From: Nitrososphaeraceae archaeon | Lineage (GTDB): Archaea > Thermoproteota > Nitrososphaeria > Nitrososphaerales > Nitrososphaeraceae | Direction of reading: 5' to 3' | DNA: 64,000 nucleotides | NCBI GenBank assembly: GCA_035297365.1 | Contig: DATGZA010000075.1 | Span: 1-64,000, forward strand | In this document: positions 18,713-29,298 of the stretch, one piece after another | How the letters are laid out: every line of letters starts with the position of its first letter | Position numbering within the stretch: position 1 is the first letter of the stretch | Position numbers and translations under genes: made by a program | Notes under the pieces: model-generated | Told to the model about the DNA's origin: nothing | Databases searched by the model: none | The model's input: the letters and a program-made list of their open reading frames with translations, nothing else

Positions 18713-19861
18713 TCATTGTAGTACATCAGCTAAACTTTTTGACACTAAATAAATCGCTACTGGATAAGGAACTGTCGCTGAGGAATTATCAAAATGATAT
18801 TTTTTTTGTTTGAAAATTAATTTTAGCTTTGTTTTAACATTTATGTCTATATTTTCATTTTCTTGAAAAAGACACGCATCTGAAAAAGGATCGAAAGTAT
18901 CTAGGTTCTTGCACTTCACTTTTGAAAGACCACTTTTACTATTAATTGATCCTGACATTCTAAATATTCTATGAATATCCATGGTAACATAAGGATCTAA
19001 TTTAACTCCGATTGTTTTCGTAATATTTTCAACCTCTTTCTTAAATTCATCATATCCACCAATTTTCCTTATGTATTTTGATAACTTTTCGTTAGAAACA
19101 TCCGACAGATTTAATTTGTTAATTATCCTTTTTCGCCAGCCATAAGAGAACCCACTTTGAGGTATTTTCACGGTCAAGTTATGTCTGATATTTCGCACAC
19201 CAAGACTACCCAATGAAATATTCTTGCCCATCAAATAACCAGCAAGATCATTTCTAGCTTTTGAATCCAAAGTAAAATATTTTTGATCTATTGTAGTAAT
19301 ATGAAATCCTGTATTTCCAGAAAAATAAATAAAGATATATTTACTATCTATTCCAAAATCTTCAGTAAGAAATGAAATTAATTTTTTAGTTTCTTTTTTG
19401 AGAATATTTATACAAATAGGGCATGGAATAACAATAGAATGTATCTTAGTACTTTTACATAGATCACAAAGTTTAATCAATTTTTGACTAACAATTCCGC
19501 ATTCTTTGCAAATAAAGTATGTATGTTGCATCAGACAGGGTGAGGCCAGATCTTTCAAATCTATATCAAAAATAAGATCAGCTCCGATCCATCTTTTTTC
19601 GTTCATTGGAAATGTCGGAAATTCGTAATATGAATTGGAATAATATATATCTGATGGAACATTTTGTAAAAGATATGCGTTTAATTGACCAATATCGTTA
19701 AATGAAATATGTCTTTTCATATCGGATTCAAAATTCATGAATCCAAATTCTCGTTGTGAAATATTATGGGGACATTCCAAAATATCTGTATTTTTAAAAT
19801 AATATTCCTTGAAGGATTTTTGTAGAAAGTGCAGATTTTTATTATTTGGTTTAATATTCAT
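18713..19861 (-). CDS. priS: DNA primase small subunit
   Basis: QREFGF, ADLIFDID, FSGNTGFH, DIHRIFRM.GS. Confidence 0.95.
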   Translation of the reverse strand: MNIKPNNKNLHFLQKSFKEYYFKNTDILECPHNISQREFGFMNFESDMKRHISFNDIGQLNAYLLQNVPSDIYYSNSYYEFPTFPMNEKRWIGADLIFDIDLKDLASPCLMQHTYFICKECGIVSQKLIKLCDLCKSTKIHSIVIPCPICINILKKETKKLISFLTEDFGIDSKYIFIYFSGNTGFHITTIDQKYFTLDSKARNDLAGYLMGKNISLGSLGVRNIRHNLTVKIPQSGFSYGWRKRIINKLNLSDVSNEKLSKYIRKIGGYDEFKKEVENITKTIGVKLDPYVTMDIHRIFRMSGSINSKSGLSKVKCKNLDTFDPFSDACLFQENENIDINVKTKLKLIFKQKKYHFDNSSATVPYPVAIYLVSKSLADVLQ

Positions 19862-19863
19862 TT

Positions 19864-20883
19864 TTATTTTTGTAATTTGTTTCTGCCAAATTGTAGGGGA
19901 TTCTTTATTCCTTTACATTCATGAGTATAAAAACATAAATTTTCATTAGCAAGTTTGGAGCAGGCAGGTACTGAATATTTTGTTAAGCTGCCTCTTTGAC
20001 CAGAGAGGTGTTCTACTTGATATCTGGTTATCCGTTCATTAAAATCAGGAGCATTCTTGAATAAATCGATAACTTCTTCGCTACCTTTTCCGCAAGTTAG
20101 CATATAAGTTGCTAAAAGAAATCTGGCAGAGTGTGGTAAATTTTCATTTTTATTTAGTAAGTCAAGTGCATGATTAATACAAGGAGGATATCTTAAAGTT
20201 TTAGTCTGGAAATTCACTGGAAGAACTACCTTGTTTTTAATTGAATGTGCGTACAAATTTATCATATCAGGAAATTTTCCTATTTCCATTGCTTTTATTC
20301 TATTATATATCAGTATAGATAGCTCATTTCTAATAAGTCGAACAATCTCTTCAACATCCAGGTATACCAGTCCCCCCTTAACGGAGCGATTAATTAATTT
20401 CCATTCTTGTTCGTGAAATGAAGTTGATCTAACAAGATAATCCGAAATTCTCATTTTGAAAAGATTAGGAGTAAACTCGTCCAAAACTATTTTAAGATCA
20501 AAAAGTTCATCAAAAATTTTCGAGATCAAGAGTTTTTTCTTTTTCACATCTTTTTCATGACGTAAGTCATCTATTAGAAACGATTCTACCCTCATTGCCT
20601 CGAGGAGACAATATTTTTTTGTAATAGATTCAATATTGATACATTTTATCATTATTAACGAGATAAGAAATGTAAAGAGATCAATATCGTATTTTTCTAA
20701 TTCCAGAAAGACATTTCCAGTCAGTATTTCATACTCTATTCTGGTTTTAGCTTTTTCCAAAATATGATTGAATTCAGGTCTAGCAAACTCGTCTATACCA
20801 AAATGAGTTCCTTTCACATATATGCCTGCTTCCTTTAGAAAGGGATACTTTGCTAGATCATCTTTTCCCAATACAATGCTCAA
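19864..20883 (-). CDS. priL: DNA primase large subunit
   Basis: AKYPFL, YPPCI, LPHSARF, APDFNERITRYQVEH, Fe-S Cys, KNPL. Confidence 0.95.
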   Translation of the reverse strand: MSIVLGKDDLAKYPFLKEAGIYVKGTHFGIDEFARPEFNHILEKAKTRIEYEILTGNVFLELEKYDIDLFTFLISLIMIKCINIESITKKYCLLEAMRVESFLIDDLRHEKDVKKKKLLISKIFDELFDLKIVLDEFTPNLFKMRISDYLVRSTSFHEQEWKLINRSVKGGLVYLDVEEIVRLIRNELSILIYNRIKAMEIGKFPDMINLYAHSIKNKVVLPVNFQTKTLRYPPCINHALDLLNKNENLPHSARFLLATYMLTCGKGSEEVIDLFKNAPDFNERITRYQVEHLSGQRGSLTKYSVPACSKLANENLCFYTHECKGIKNPLQFGRNKLQK

Positions 20884-20958
20884 TACATTATTAATAAATA
20901 AAGACCGAAATAAAAAACTACGTAACGATATTATCTACAGTATCATCTTATTATCATT

Positions 20959-21837
20959 ATGAAAAATTTTGGGTTAAAAATTGGATTTCATGTTTCTATA
21001 TCAGGATCAATTATCAACGCTATTTTAAATGCTGAAGATCTTAATTGCACTGCTTTCCAAATATTTAGTAGAAATCCACGTGGCTGGAATGCAAAACCAT
21101 TAGGAGGAGAAGACATCCAATCTTTTAAAAAAATGATTGATGAAAGCTATATTGATAAAAGATTTATTATCGTTCATATGCCTTATCTTCCTAATTTAGC
21201 GTCTCCTGATGGAGAATCATATTATAAATCCAGAAGTACACTCTACGAGGAGATAACTAGATGCAGTTTACTAGGAATTTCTAACATCGTTCTCCATCTT
21301 GGGAGTCATTTGGGTAGCGGTAAACAAAATGGTATTAACCAAATCGTCAACGCATGTAATTTTGCCACAGATGCATTTAAATCTAATTATAAAAGACACG
21401 TTGCTCTAAATATTATATTGGAGAATAGTTCAGGTCAAAAAAATAGCATAGGTAGTAAATTTGAGGAAATTAGAATTTTGTTAGATCAGTTAAATGATAA
21501 GAAATATGCTGTTTGTTTGGATACCTGTCACGCATTTGCAGCAGGATATGATTTAAGAACTGCAGACGAAGTAAGTAAAGTATTCAAAGAACTCGATGAT
21601 ATTATTGGAATAAGAAACCTTAAAGTATTGCATTTAAATGATTCTAAAGGTCAGCTCAATGAAAACAAAGACAGACATGAACATATTGGACTTGGTTCAA
21701 TAGGAAAACAAGGAATGAAGGAAATATTAAAAATTAAATACCTTATGCAAATCCCCATCATTATGGAAACTCCAGTTGATGATGTAAGGGGCAACAAAGA
21801 TAATATGAAAGCTGTCGTTGAACTGTTTAATAATTGA
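20959..21837 (+). CDS. nfo: Endonuclease IV
   Basis: GFHVS, QIF, HMPY.PNL, LEN, CLDTCH, HLNDS, DRHEHIG, METP. Confidence 0.96.
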   Translation: MKNFGLKIGFHVSISGSIINAILNAEDLNCTAFQIFSRNPRGWNAKPLGGEDIQSFKKMIDESYIDKRFIIVHMPYLPNLASPDGESYYKSRSTLYEEITRCSLLGISNIVLHLGSHLGSGKQNGINQIVNACNFATDAFKSNYKRHVALNIILENSSGQKNSIGSKFEEIRILLDQLNDKKYAVCLDTCHAFAAGYDLRTADEVSKVFKELDDIIGIRNLKVLHLNDSKGQLNENKDRHEHIGLGSIGKQGMKEILKIKYLMQIPIIMETPVDDVRGNKDNMKAVVELFNN

Positions 21838-21902
21838 TAGAAAATTGGAAAATTTGATTATTCAACAGGAGATAGGAAAATTATATTGAGGATGAAGAAT
21901 TA

Positions 21903-23360
21903 ATGACAAATTATGATACAATTATGAAGCTGTCGCTTGAGAGAGGTTTTTACTTTCCAAGTTCAGAAATTTATTATGACGCGCCAGCAGGATTTTGGGA
22001 TTACGGACCAAATGGAGTAAATTTAAAAAATAAATTCATAGAATTGTGGAGAAGGGAATTGATTAGAAGGGACGGTATGGTGGAAATTGATGGCTCTCAA
22101 ATTATGAGTAAGAGTGTATTCAAGGCTTCTGGACATATTGATAATTTTTCAGACCCCGTAATAAAATGCATAAAATGTAACCACATCCTACGAGCAGACA
22201 AGTTCATAAACGAAAAAATCGATTTAAATATTCCAGAAGGATTAAAAAATGAAGAGATTGACGCGATAATATTAAAAAATCAATTATTGTGTCCCAGTTG
22301 TAAATCAAAATTTAAAAGTACAGAAAGATTTAATATGATGTTTAAAGTAGAAATAGGCCCAAATAAAGATGAAGCATATCTTAGACCAGAAACATGTCAG
22401 ACAATTTTTGTTGATTTTTCACGAATATTCAAAGTTATGCGAGGCAGATTTCCATTTGCAGTTGGACAAATAGGAAAGAGTTTTAGAAATGAAATAGCAC
22501 CGAGACAAAGTCTTTTAAGACTAAGAGAGTTTTATCAAGCTGAAATAGAGGTATTTTGTAATCCAAATAAATTAAATAGTTTATCGAAATTTGAGGAAAT
22601 TAAAGACACAAATTTAAGAATTCAAATAGATTCAGAAATTAATGAAATAACCGCAGAAGAGGCCTGGAAGAAAAAAATAATACCTAATAAATTAATTGGA
22701 TATTATCTATCCCTGTTAGCCCTATTTTATGAAAAAACAGGAATAGATATGAAAAAAACACGATTCAGACAGTTAGCTGACGATGAAAAAGCATTTTATG
22801 CAAATATTGCTTTTGATTTTGAAGTTGGAACAAGTTTGGGTTGGTTAGAACTGGTTGCATGTAACTATCGTTCGGATTATGATTTGAAACAACATTCATC
22901 ATTGAGTAAGGAGAAGATGGAGGTCATAGACCCTGACACTCAGCAAAAAATTCTTCCTCATGTATTCGAATTATCATTAGGAATAGATCGAAGTATATAT
23001 ACAATTTTGGAACATTCTTTTTTTCAAGATAGAGATAATAAAAGAACGGTATTAAGATTAAATCCTGACCTAGCTCCAATTAGTATTGGAATTCTTCCTT
23101 TGATGAGGAATGAAGATATAGAAAATATATCAAGACGTATTCACGATAATTTGAAAAGAAATTACGACACCTTTTATGATGCTTCTGGTTCGATAGGAAG
23201 AAGATATAGAAGATTAGAAGAAATAGGTGTACCGTATGCAATTACTATTGACCATACTAGTAAAACTGACAATACTGTTACAATAAGGTATAGGGACACA
23301 ATGGAACAAACAAGAATTAAAATAGATGAAATTAAGGATTTTTTCGCTAAATCAATTTAA
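21903..23360 (+). CDS. glyS: Glycine--tRNA ligase (alpha2 type)
   Basis: YLRPETCQ, SFRNEIAPRQ, SLGIDR, GSIGRRYRR. Confidence 0.96.
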   Translation: MTNYDTIMKLSLERGFYFPSSEIYYDAPAGFWDYGPNGVNLKNKFIELWRRELIRRDGMVEIDGSQIMSKSVFKASGHIDNFSDPVIKCIKCNHILRADKFINEKIDLNIPEGLKNEEIDAIILKNQLLCPSCKSKFKSTERFNMMFKVEIGPNKDEAYLRPETCQTIFVDFSRIFKVMRGRFPFAVGQIGKSFRNEIAPRQSLLRLREFYQAEIEVFCNPNKLNSLSKFEEIKDTNLRIQIDSEINEITAEEAWKKKIIPNKLIGYYLSLLALFYEKTGIDMKKTRFRQLADDEKAFYANIAFDFEVGTSLGWLELVACNYRSDYDLKQHSSLSKEKMEVIDPDTQQKILPHVFELSLGIDRSIYTILEHSFFQDRDNKRTVLRLNPDLAPISIGILPLMRNEDIENISRRIHDNLKRNYDTFYDASGSIGRRYRRLEEIGVPYAITIDHTSKTDNTVTIRYRDTMEQTRIKIDEIKDFFAKSI

Positions 23361-23397
23361 GTAACTTTCCTAATACCAACTTCTAGAAAGACAAGAT

Positions 23398-23814
23398 ATG
23401 AAATTAGATAAAGAAAGAGTAATGAACAATCGCAAGAAAGACGTTGAAAGAGATGAACTTGCTTTCGAGAAATGGGTTATCATGGTAAAAGATTATAAAA
23501 ATCACCAAGAAAGAGATCCGAAAATGTTTATAAGGCAATTTATGGCACAGGGATATTATGACGCATATGACATAGCAAGATCGTATGCAGAAAGGTCAAA
23601 ATTGGAGATAGTATGGTTTAAAGAAAAAAGGCTATGTCCTGAATATTATTCAAAGTATTTTCCTTGGCTAGATTATTTTTGTACTTACTGCAATAGAAAA
23701 TTTAATGATAAAGATCCGTTAGTTTGTAACATAAAACGATGTCAAGCAATATTATGTTCTAGGAATTGTATTAACAATCATATCCAATTAAGGCATAAAG
23801 AATTTACATACTAA
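23398..23814 (+). CDS. Hypothetical protein with C-terminal Cys/His zinc-finger-like domain
   Basis: CTYC..CNIKRC..LCSRNCINNH..H. Confidence 0.7.
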   Translation: MKLDKERVMNNRKKDVERDELAFEKWVIMVKDYKNHQERDPKMFIRQFMAQGYYDAYDIARSYAERSKLEIVWFKEKRLCPEYYSKYFPWLDYFCTYCNRKFNDKDPLVCNIKRCQAILCSRNCINNHIQLRHKEFTY

Positions 23815-23857
23815 TTCAGTTGGTAAGGGTAATACTAAAACTATAAAAAGAAGTAGA

Positions 23858-24457
23858 TCAGACTTTTATCAGTTCAGCATCAAAAAGCTGTTCTAGCAAC
23901 TGTAATATTTCTTGTTCGATTTGTTGTCTTGGTAGTCCTAGTTTTTCTGAGAAGTGATCTGCTAAATGGGTGATGGTTTTTGTACTATCGCAAGAATCCC
24001 AAAATTTTACTATTGCATCATTTACCATAAAACTCTTCTTGTCATTGTTTATTAAGATGAAGGAGCCGTCTTCAGCTTTGGAAAAAGAACCTTGTTTCTG
24101 TGGCTTCGCTGTTTCATAGTCAATCTGAAATCTAAGTTTTGGTTTACCAAAACCTAATCGTTCCCTTGCCTCAGGCTCCATTTTTTCAATTGTCCATGGA
24201 GGATCCCATACTATATCCACATTTATATCGCCAATACCATCTATTTTTTCCAAGTTTCGTTTTACATCACTCACCAAAGTATTGTGAAGGGGACATCCTC
24301 TTGTTGTCATTGTCATTTTAATCTCAACATGATTTTTTTCATTCACGGTTACCCCATATATCAACCCTAAGTCAACTATATTCACTGGTATTTCTGGATC
24401 CATGCATTTCTTTAACTGAGTATAAACTTGATCTTTAGTAACAATTTGAGACGACAT
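23858..24457 (-). CDS. DUF59/SufT (MIP18) Fe-S assembly domain fused to a PqqD-like domain
   Basis: DPEIPVNIVDLGLIY, TTRGCP, VWDPPW; C-terminal VNDAIVKFWDSCDSTKT..QLLEQL..ELI. Confidence 0.85.
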   Translation of the reverse strand: MSSQIVTKDQVYTQLKKCMDPEIPVNIVDLGLIYGVTVNEKNHVEIKMTMTTRGCPLHNTLVSDVKRNLEKIDGIGDINVDIVWDPPWTIEKMEPEARERLGFGKPKLRFQIDYETAKPQKQGSFSKAEDGSFILINNDKKSFMVNDAIVKFWDSCDSTKTITHLADHFSEKLGLPRQQIEQEILQLLEQLFDAELIKV

Positions 24458-24506
24458 CTATAAAAAAATTATAGAGAAAGACGATAAAAATGTTATTGCA
24501 TTTAAT

Positions 24507-25586
24507 TTATTTTGTGTTCATCATAATTTTTATATTCGTTTTATAAGGAGGAGAAATGATGCCTTTTTCCGTTATTATGGATTTGATAAGATCCGGAGGA
24601 GTAATATCAAACGAAGGATTTATTACTTTTATATTAGTAGGTGCAATATTTTTTTTCCCTATCTTTGTAACTTCTTCCTTAGAACGTTCTTCTATCACAA
24701 TATCGTCAATATCATTCATTAAATCAAAGCTAGATAATGGAGCAGCAACGTAAAATGGTATATTGTGGTTTTTAGCCAAAACAGCTATTTGGTAAGTTCC
24801 AATTTTATTAAATACATGACCCGTCTGCAAAATTCTGTCTGCACCCACTATAACATGTTTAATCCCGCCTTTTGTCATAACATATCCAACTGCTGTGTCA
24901 GGAATGATGCTAACATCAATATTGTCGTATTGTAATTCGAATGCCGTTAATCGAGATCCTTGCATAACAGGTCTTGTTTCAGTAGCTATAACATGAATCT
25001 TTTTTCCAGATTCTTTAGCGGATCTTATTACACCTAATGCTGTTCCATATGCCACAGTTGCTAAAGATCCTGCATTACAATGCGTCATTATGGTGTCACC
25101 ATCTGAAAAAAGAATTTCGCCTATACTGCCCATTGATCTGTTAATGAAAATATCCTCTTTTGCCATTTGAATTGCTTCGTCTAACATGATTTGCTTCACT
25201 TTAGAAACGCTCTGAATATTTTGTATCTTTCGCATTAAACGATCGAGACCCCATTGAAGATTAATTGCAGTAGGCCTAGTTGATCTAATAAGGTTATAGG
25301 CTTTGTTTAAATCTTTTAGTAATGACCCAATATTGCGCGAATTGCTTCTTCTAGCTGCAAGAACTAATCCAAAAGCTGCCACTACTCCTATGGCAGGTGC
25401 TCCTCTAACTATCATTTGTTTAATTGCTGCAGCAACATCTTGGTAGCTTTTACAATATACATATGATAACTTTGTAGGTAATTTGGTTTGATCAATTAAT
25501 ATAAGAGAATCGTCCTTCCATTGAACTGTAAGAAGCATATTTTTCCCCTTCATGTTAGACAAGATGTGAATAACTAGAGATTTCAC
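24507..25586 (-). CDS. mtnA: Methylthioribose-1-phosphate isomerase
   Basis: DQTKLP, MIVRGAPAIG, RPTAINL, THCNAG, ETRP, VGADRI, NKIGTY. Confidence 0.93.
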   Translation of the reverse strand: MKSLVIHILSNMKGKNMLLTVQWKDDSLILIDQTKLPTKLSYVYCKSYQDVAAAIKQMIVRGAPAIGVVAAFGLVLAARRSNSRNIGSLLKDLNKAYNLIRSTRPTAINLQWGLDRLMRKIQNIQSVSKVKQIMLDEAIQMAKEDIFINRSMGSIGEILFSDGDTIMTHCNAGSLATVAYGTALGVIRSAKESGKKIHVIATETRPVMQGSRLTAFELQYDNIDVSIIPDTAVGYVMTKGGIKHVIVGADRILQTGHVFNKIGTYQIAVLAKNHNIPFYVAAPLSSFDLMNDIDDIVIEERSKEEVTKIGKKNIAPTNIKVINPSFDITPPDLIKSIITEKGIISPPYKTNIKIMMNTK

Positions 25587-25591
25587 ATATA

Positions 25592-27016
25592 TTAATTTAA
25601 AATATTGTCGTATTTTCCCAATCCAATTACCGAATATACATTATTTGAATAACCTTCTCTATCTAGAATTCCTCTTCCATCATATATTGGAATATTAGTT
25701 ATATCACTAGCAATGGTTTTGTACTCTAAATGATCGGTTAAGATCATGATTAAATCTGTTTTTTGTATTGATTTACAAAAATTGTTGTAGAATGATGTAT
25801 TTGGAAATTTTGTGATCGAGTCATCATTATCAATTAATGGATCATGTACCCTTATCTCCTTAACTTTTAAAGTATTTAATACCTTTATCACTTCATATGT
25901 TGGTGATAATCTTGTATCCGTTACACCTCCACGAAATGCTAGACCTAAAAGAGTAATTGTCAGGTTAGTGTATTTTTTAGATCTTACTAACTTTAAAGCT
26001 TGTTTGACACAATATTTGGGCATAGTGTTATTTATTATTCTCCCTAACTTGGTCATTTTACTATCTATTCCAAGATTCTTTGAACTATTTATTATAAATT
26101 GGGGATATACCGGAATACATGCTCCTCCAACACCTACACCAGGTCTATGAATATGACAATACGGTTGAGAGTTTGCAGCTGACCTCACTTCCCAGAAATC
26201 AATACCTAAATTTTCTGAATATATCGCCAACTCATTTGCTAGAGCGATGTTTACATCCCTATAAACACCTTCAAATAATTTTTCAGTTTCAGCAGATTTT
26301 ATGTTACTCATAGATATGATTCCTCTTTGATAAATCCTAGAGAAGAGCTTAGCACCAAATATTAAACTTTTTTTTCCATATCCTGAAATAATTCCAGGAT
26401 AATTTGATTCTATATCTTCTATAGCTCTTCCCTCATATATCCTCTCTGGATTGTAAACGACATAAAAATCATCTTCTACCTTCAACCCACTATATTTTTC
26501 TAATATTGGGACAACTAAATCCTCTGTTGTTCCAGGAGGAACACTTGGGTTAAGGGAGACAATATCATTTTTTTTCAAACCTTTAGCAATTTCTTTAGTT
26601 ACCGTTTTGACAGCCATTAAATCTGCACTACCATCTGGGGCCAAGACAGGGACACATATCATCTTTAATAGTGAATCACGTGATGCCTTGACCAAATCAC
26701 TATATACAAAAAATCGTTTATTAAATATGCCCTCACTAAAAGCCTCACTAACTCCAGGTTCAGGAATGTGAGTTTTTCCTTTTTTTGCTAAATCCACAAC
26801 TTTATTTGACTTATCAATCCCTATTACACATGCACCTGAGCGAAGCCAAGTAGCAGCAAGGGGAGATCCCACATGACCTAACCCGTATATGGATATCTTG
26901 TAGTGACCTGAGGATATTTTATTATCTAGTTCCAATAAAAACGACTCGAGGTTAATTTGAGCAAAATTATTTTTTACTTTTTTATTATTTGGTTTACTAT
27001 TTTTTACATTATTCAT
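25592..27016 (-). CDS. Nucleotide-sugar dehydrogenase (WecC/WbpA-like)
   Basis: GLGHVG, ICVP, SVPPGTT, YNPER, RDVNIALANE, GVGGAC. Confidence 0.9.
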   Translation of the reverse strand: MNNVKNSKPNNKKVKNNFAQINLESFLLELDNKISSGHYKISIYGLGHVGSPLAATWLRSGACVIGIDKSNKVVDLAKKGKTHIPEPGVSEAFSEGIFNKRFFVYSDLVKASRDSLLKMICVPVLAPDGSADLMAVKTVTKEIAKGLKKNDIVSLNPSVPPGTTEDLVVPILEKYSGLKVEDDFYVVYNPERIYEGRAIEDIESNYPGIISGYGKKSLIFGAKLFSRIYQRGIISMSNIKSAETEKLFEGVYRDVNIALANELAIYSENLGIDFWEVRSAANSQPYCHIHRPGVGVGGACIPVYPQFIINSSKNLGIDSKMTKLGRIINNTMPKYCVKQALKLVRSKKYTNLTITLLGLAFRGGVTDTRLSPTYEVIKVLNTLKVKEIRVHDPLIDNDDSITKFPNTSFYNNFCKSIQKTDLIMILTDHLEYKTIASDITNIPIYDGRGILDREGYSNNVYSVIGLGKYDNILN

Positions 27017-27135
27017 GATTTTTTAATTAATATTGCATTATTTGTTTTTTTTTACTTTTTACTGCTCCTAAGTAATGAAATTAGTGGATTTATTTTAATA
27101 ACACAAGTATTTTATGACCCTCGCGTAATAATTGA

Positions 27136-28185
27136 GTGTTGTCTAGAACCAATTTTAAAGATCATACAATCTGTACTCTTGGATCTCATTGTTCTTTACA
27201 GGTTTTAAAAGGTGCCAAAGATGAAGGTTTTAAAACATTATTAATATGTGAGAAAAAGAGGGAAAATCTATATCGAAGATTCTCATTCATTGACGATTTT
27301 ATTATAGTTGATAAATTCAGAGATATATTGAAAAAAACGGTCTATCAAAAATTACCTAATGAAAAAGTATACATGATACCTCATGGAACATTAATTTCTA
27401 ATTTTCAGATAGACGAGATAGAAAATTTAGGCATACCATTTTTTGGAAATAAATATATTCTCAGATGGGAGGCAGACAGAGAATTAAAACAAAAAATAAT
27501 GCAGAAAGCAAAACTTTCTACTCCAAAACCAATTAAAAACAAAAAGATGATAAAAAAACTTTCAATCGTGAAATTGCATGGAGCGGCAGGAGGTAAAGGA
27601 TATTTTCTTGCGTGGAATGAAAGAAGTTTTTATGAGGGATGTAATAAATTAATTAAACAAAAAGTGATTAGAAGTGAGGATGATCTTTATATTCAAGAAT
27701 ATATTTTAGGTATTCCTGTTTATTTACAATTTTTTTATTCTCCTATAAAAAAAAATACAGAACTCATTGGCATTGATAGAAGATATGAATCAGACATCGA
27801 TGGCATAGGACGTATTCCAGCACATATTCAACAAAATATTAATTTGGACCCATCATACAACGTGATAGGAAATTTTCCGCTTGTATTAAGAGAATCACTC
27901 TTACAAGAAGTCTTTTTATTGGCAGATAGATTTGTCGATGTAACCAAACAATTGGTATATCCAGGCATTCCAGGACCATTCTGTCTTGAAGGTGTTTATG
28001 ATAGTGATGGTAATTTCACGGTATTTGAGTTTTCAGCTAGAATTGTTGCAGGAACTAATCTCTTTATCAATGGATCACCATACTCTGACCTATTATTTGA
28101 AGAGCCAATGAGCATGGGGAGAAGAATTGCAAGAGAACTAAAAATGGCTATTAAGACAAATATGCTCTCAAAACTGGTTACATAG
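27136..28185 (+). CDS. purP: Formate--AICAR ligase (PurP family)
   Basis: [45 protein letters not shown]. Confidence 0.93.
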   Translation: MLSRTNFKDHTICTLGSHCSLQVLKGAKDEGFKTLLICEKKRENLYRRFSFIDDFIIVDKFRDILKKTVYQKLPNEKVYMIPHGTLISNFQIDEIENLGIPFFGNKYILRWEADRELKQKIMQKAKLSTPKPIKNKKMIKKLSIVKLHGAAGGKGYFLAWNERSFYEGCNKLIKQKVIRSEDDLYIQEYILGIPVYLQFFYSPIKKNTELIGIDRRYESDIDGIGRIPAHIQQNINLDPSYNVIGNFPLVLRESLLQEVFLLADRFVDVTKQLVYPGIPGPFCLEGVYDSDGNFTVFEFSARIVAGTNLFINGSPYSDLLFEEPMSMGRRIARELKMAIKTNMLSKLVT

Positions 28186-28205
28186 TTTAATATGAGATTT
28201 ATTTA

Positions 28206-28688
28206 TTAACCTCCTGTCATTTTAGTAAATTTATTAATCTTCTGCGTTGTATATATATAATCCAAATTAGCCAGTGCCACTTCAGCAGATTTTCTTACTT
28301 CACAGCTTTTATCATTCAATGCACGGATTAGTGTTTCTCTTGCTTCCTCTGAACCTATTACTCCTAAGGCTACCGCTGCTTCATGTCGAACGAAAAAACT
28401 TGGGTCTTTATCTACTGCCTCACATAATGGTTTTATCCCGCTGGTAAACCCTAACTGACCTAGGGAAAAAGCTGCTTCATGTCGCACCAATTCATCTAAA
28501 TCATTTTTCAAAACAATGCTTATGGGTATTATAGATTCTTCACCAGCAATATCTGCAAATATACAGACAGATCTAGTTCTAATGATATGATCAGGATGAA
28601 AAAGTAAATTCCTAAAAAAATCTCTGTTATTGACGTTGAATTCGCTTTCCATCTTAGCAAGCAATAAAAGTCTCTCGTTACCATCCAT
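28206..28688 (-). CDS. HEAT-repeat protein resembling one half of deoxyhypusine hydroxylase
   Basis: LVRHEAAFSLGQLG and FVRHEAAVALGVIG. Confidence 0.85.
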   Translation of the reverse strand: MDGNERLLLLAKMESEFNVNNRDFFRNLLFHPDHIIRTRSVCIFADIAGEESIIPISIVLKNDLDELVRHEAAFSLGQLGFTSGIKPLCEAVDKDPSFFVRHEAAVALGVIGSEEARETLIRALNDKSCEVRKSAEVALANLDYIYTTQKINKFTKMTGG

Positions 28689-28780
28689 TTTCCTTATCAG
28701 TTCAATATTTAGATATTTTTAAAAATTTAATTCTTATTAATTTTCATACCTTATTATATTGTTAAAAATATTAGTGTTTT

Positions 28781-29242
28781 ATGCGTGTAAGATATTGGCA
28801 TCTTAACATTCAAGAAACACTTGAATGCAATTACCCACTGGAGAAAATAAATCACTGGGAAATAAAGTGCCTTTGTGGAGAACATCGACATTTTGGAGTA
28901 TTTTGGTTCAAGTATGGTACACCTTTTGATAAAGAACCGGTTCATGGTATTTGTTTTTATTACAACGAAATAGAAGAAAAAATTGTAAAAGAATTAACAG
29001 AATATCTTTTAAGATTATTTGGTGGAAAGATATTATTTAGACAAACTAGAGTTTTTCTTCAGGGATCCAAAGTAGTTTTTGATCCTAAATCAATTGGAAA
29101 ATTAGCTAATGATTTGAGTCTAAAATTTAATGTACCAGTAGAAATAACTATAGAATTAGAAAAAATATCAGATGAAGAAATAACTGAAAACAATTTTAAC
29201 TTTCCTGCTAAAAAGGTGTTACCTATTGTAGGTACGGATTAA
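28781..29242 (+). CDS. Hypothetical protein
   Basis: 153-aa ATG ORF divergent from the HEAT gene; CLCGEHRH. Confidence 0.75.
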   Translation: MRVRYWHLNIQETLECNYPLEKINHWEIKCLCGEHRHFGVFWFKYGTPFDKEPVHGICFYYNEIEEKIVKELTEYLLRLFGGKILFRQTRVFLQGSKVVFDPKSIGKLANDLSLKFNVPVEITIELEKISDEEITENNFNFPAKKVLPIVGTD

Positions 29243-29298
29243 TTGTTTTAATAACTGTATTTTATACATATTAGACTTTTTCCTTAATAAAAAATTTT

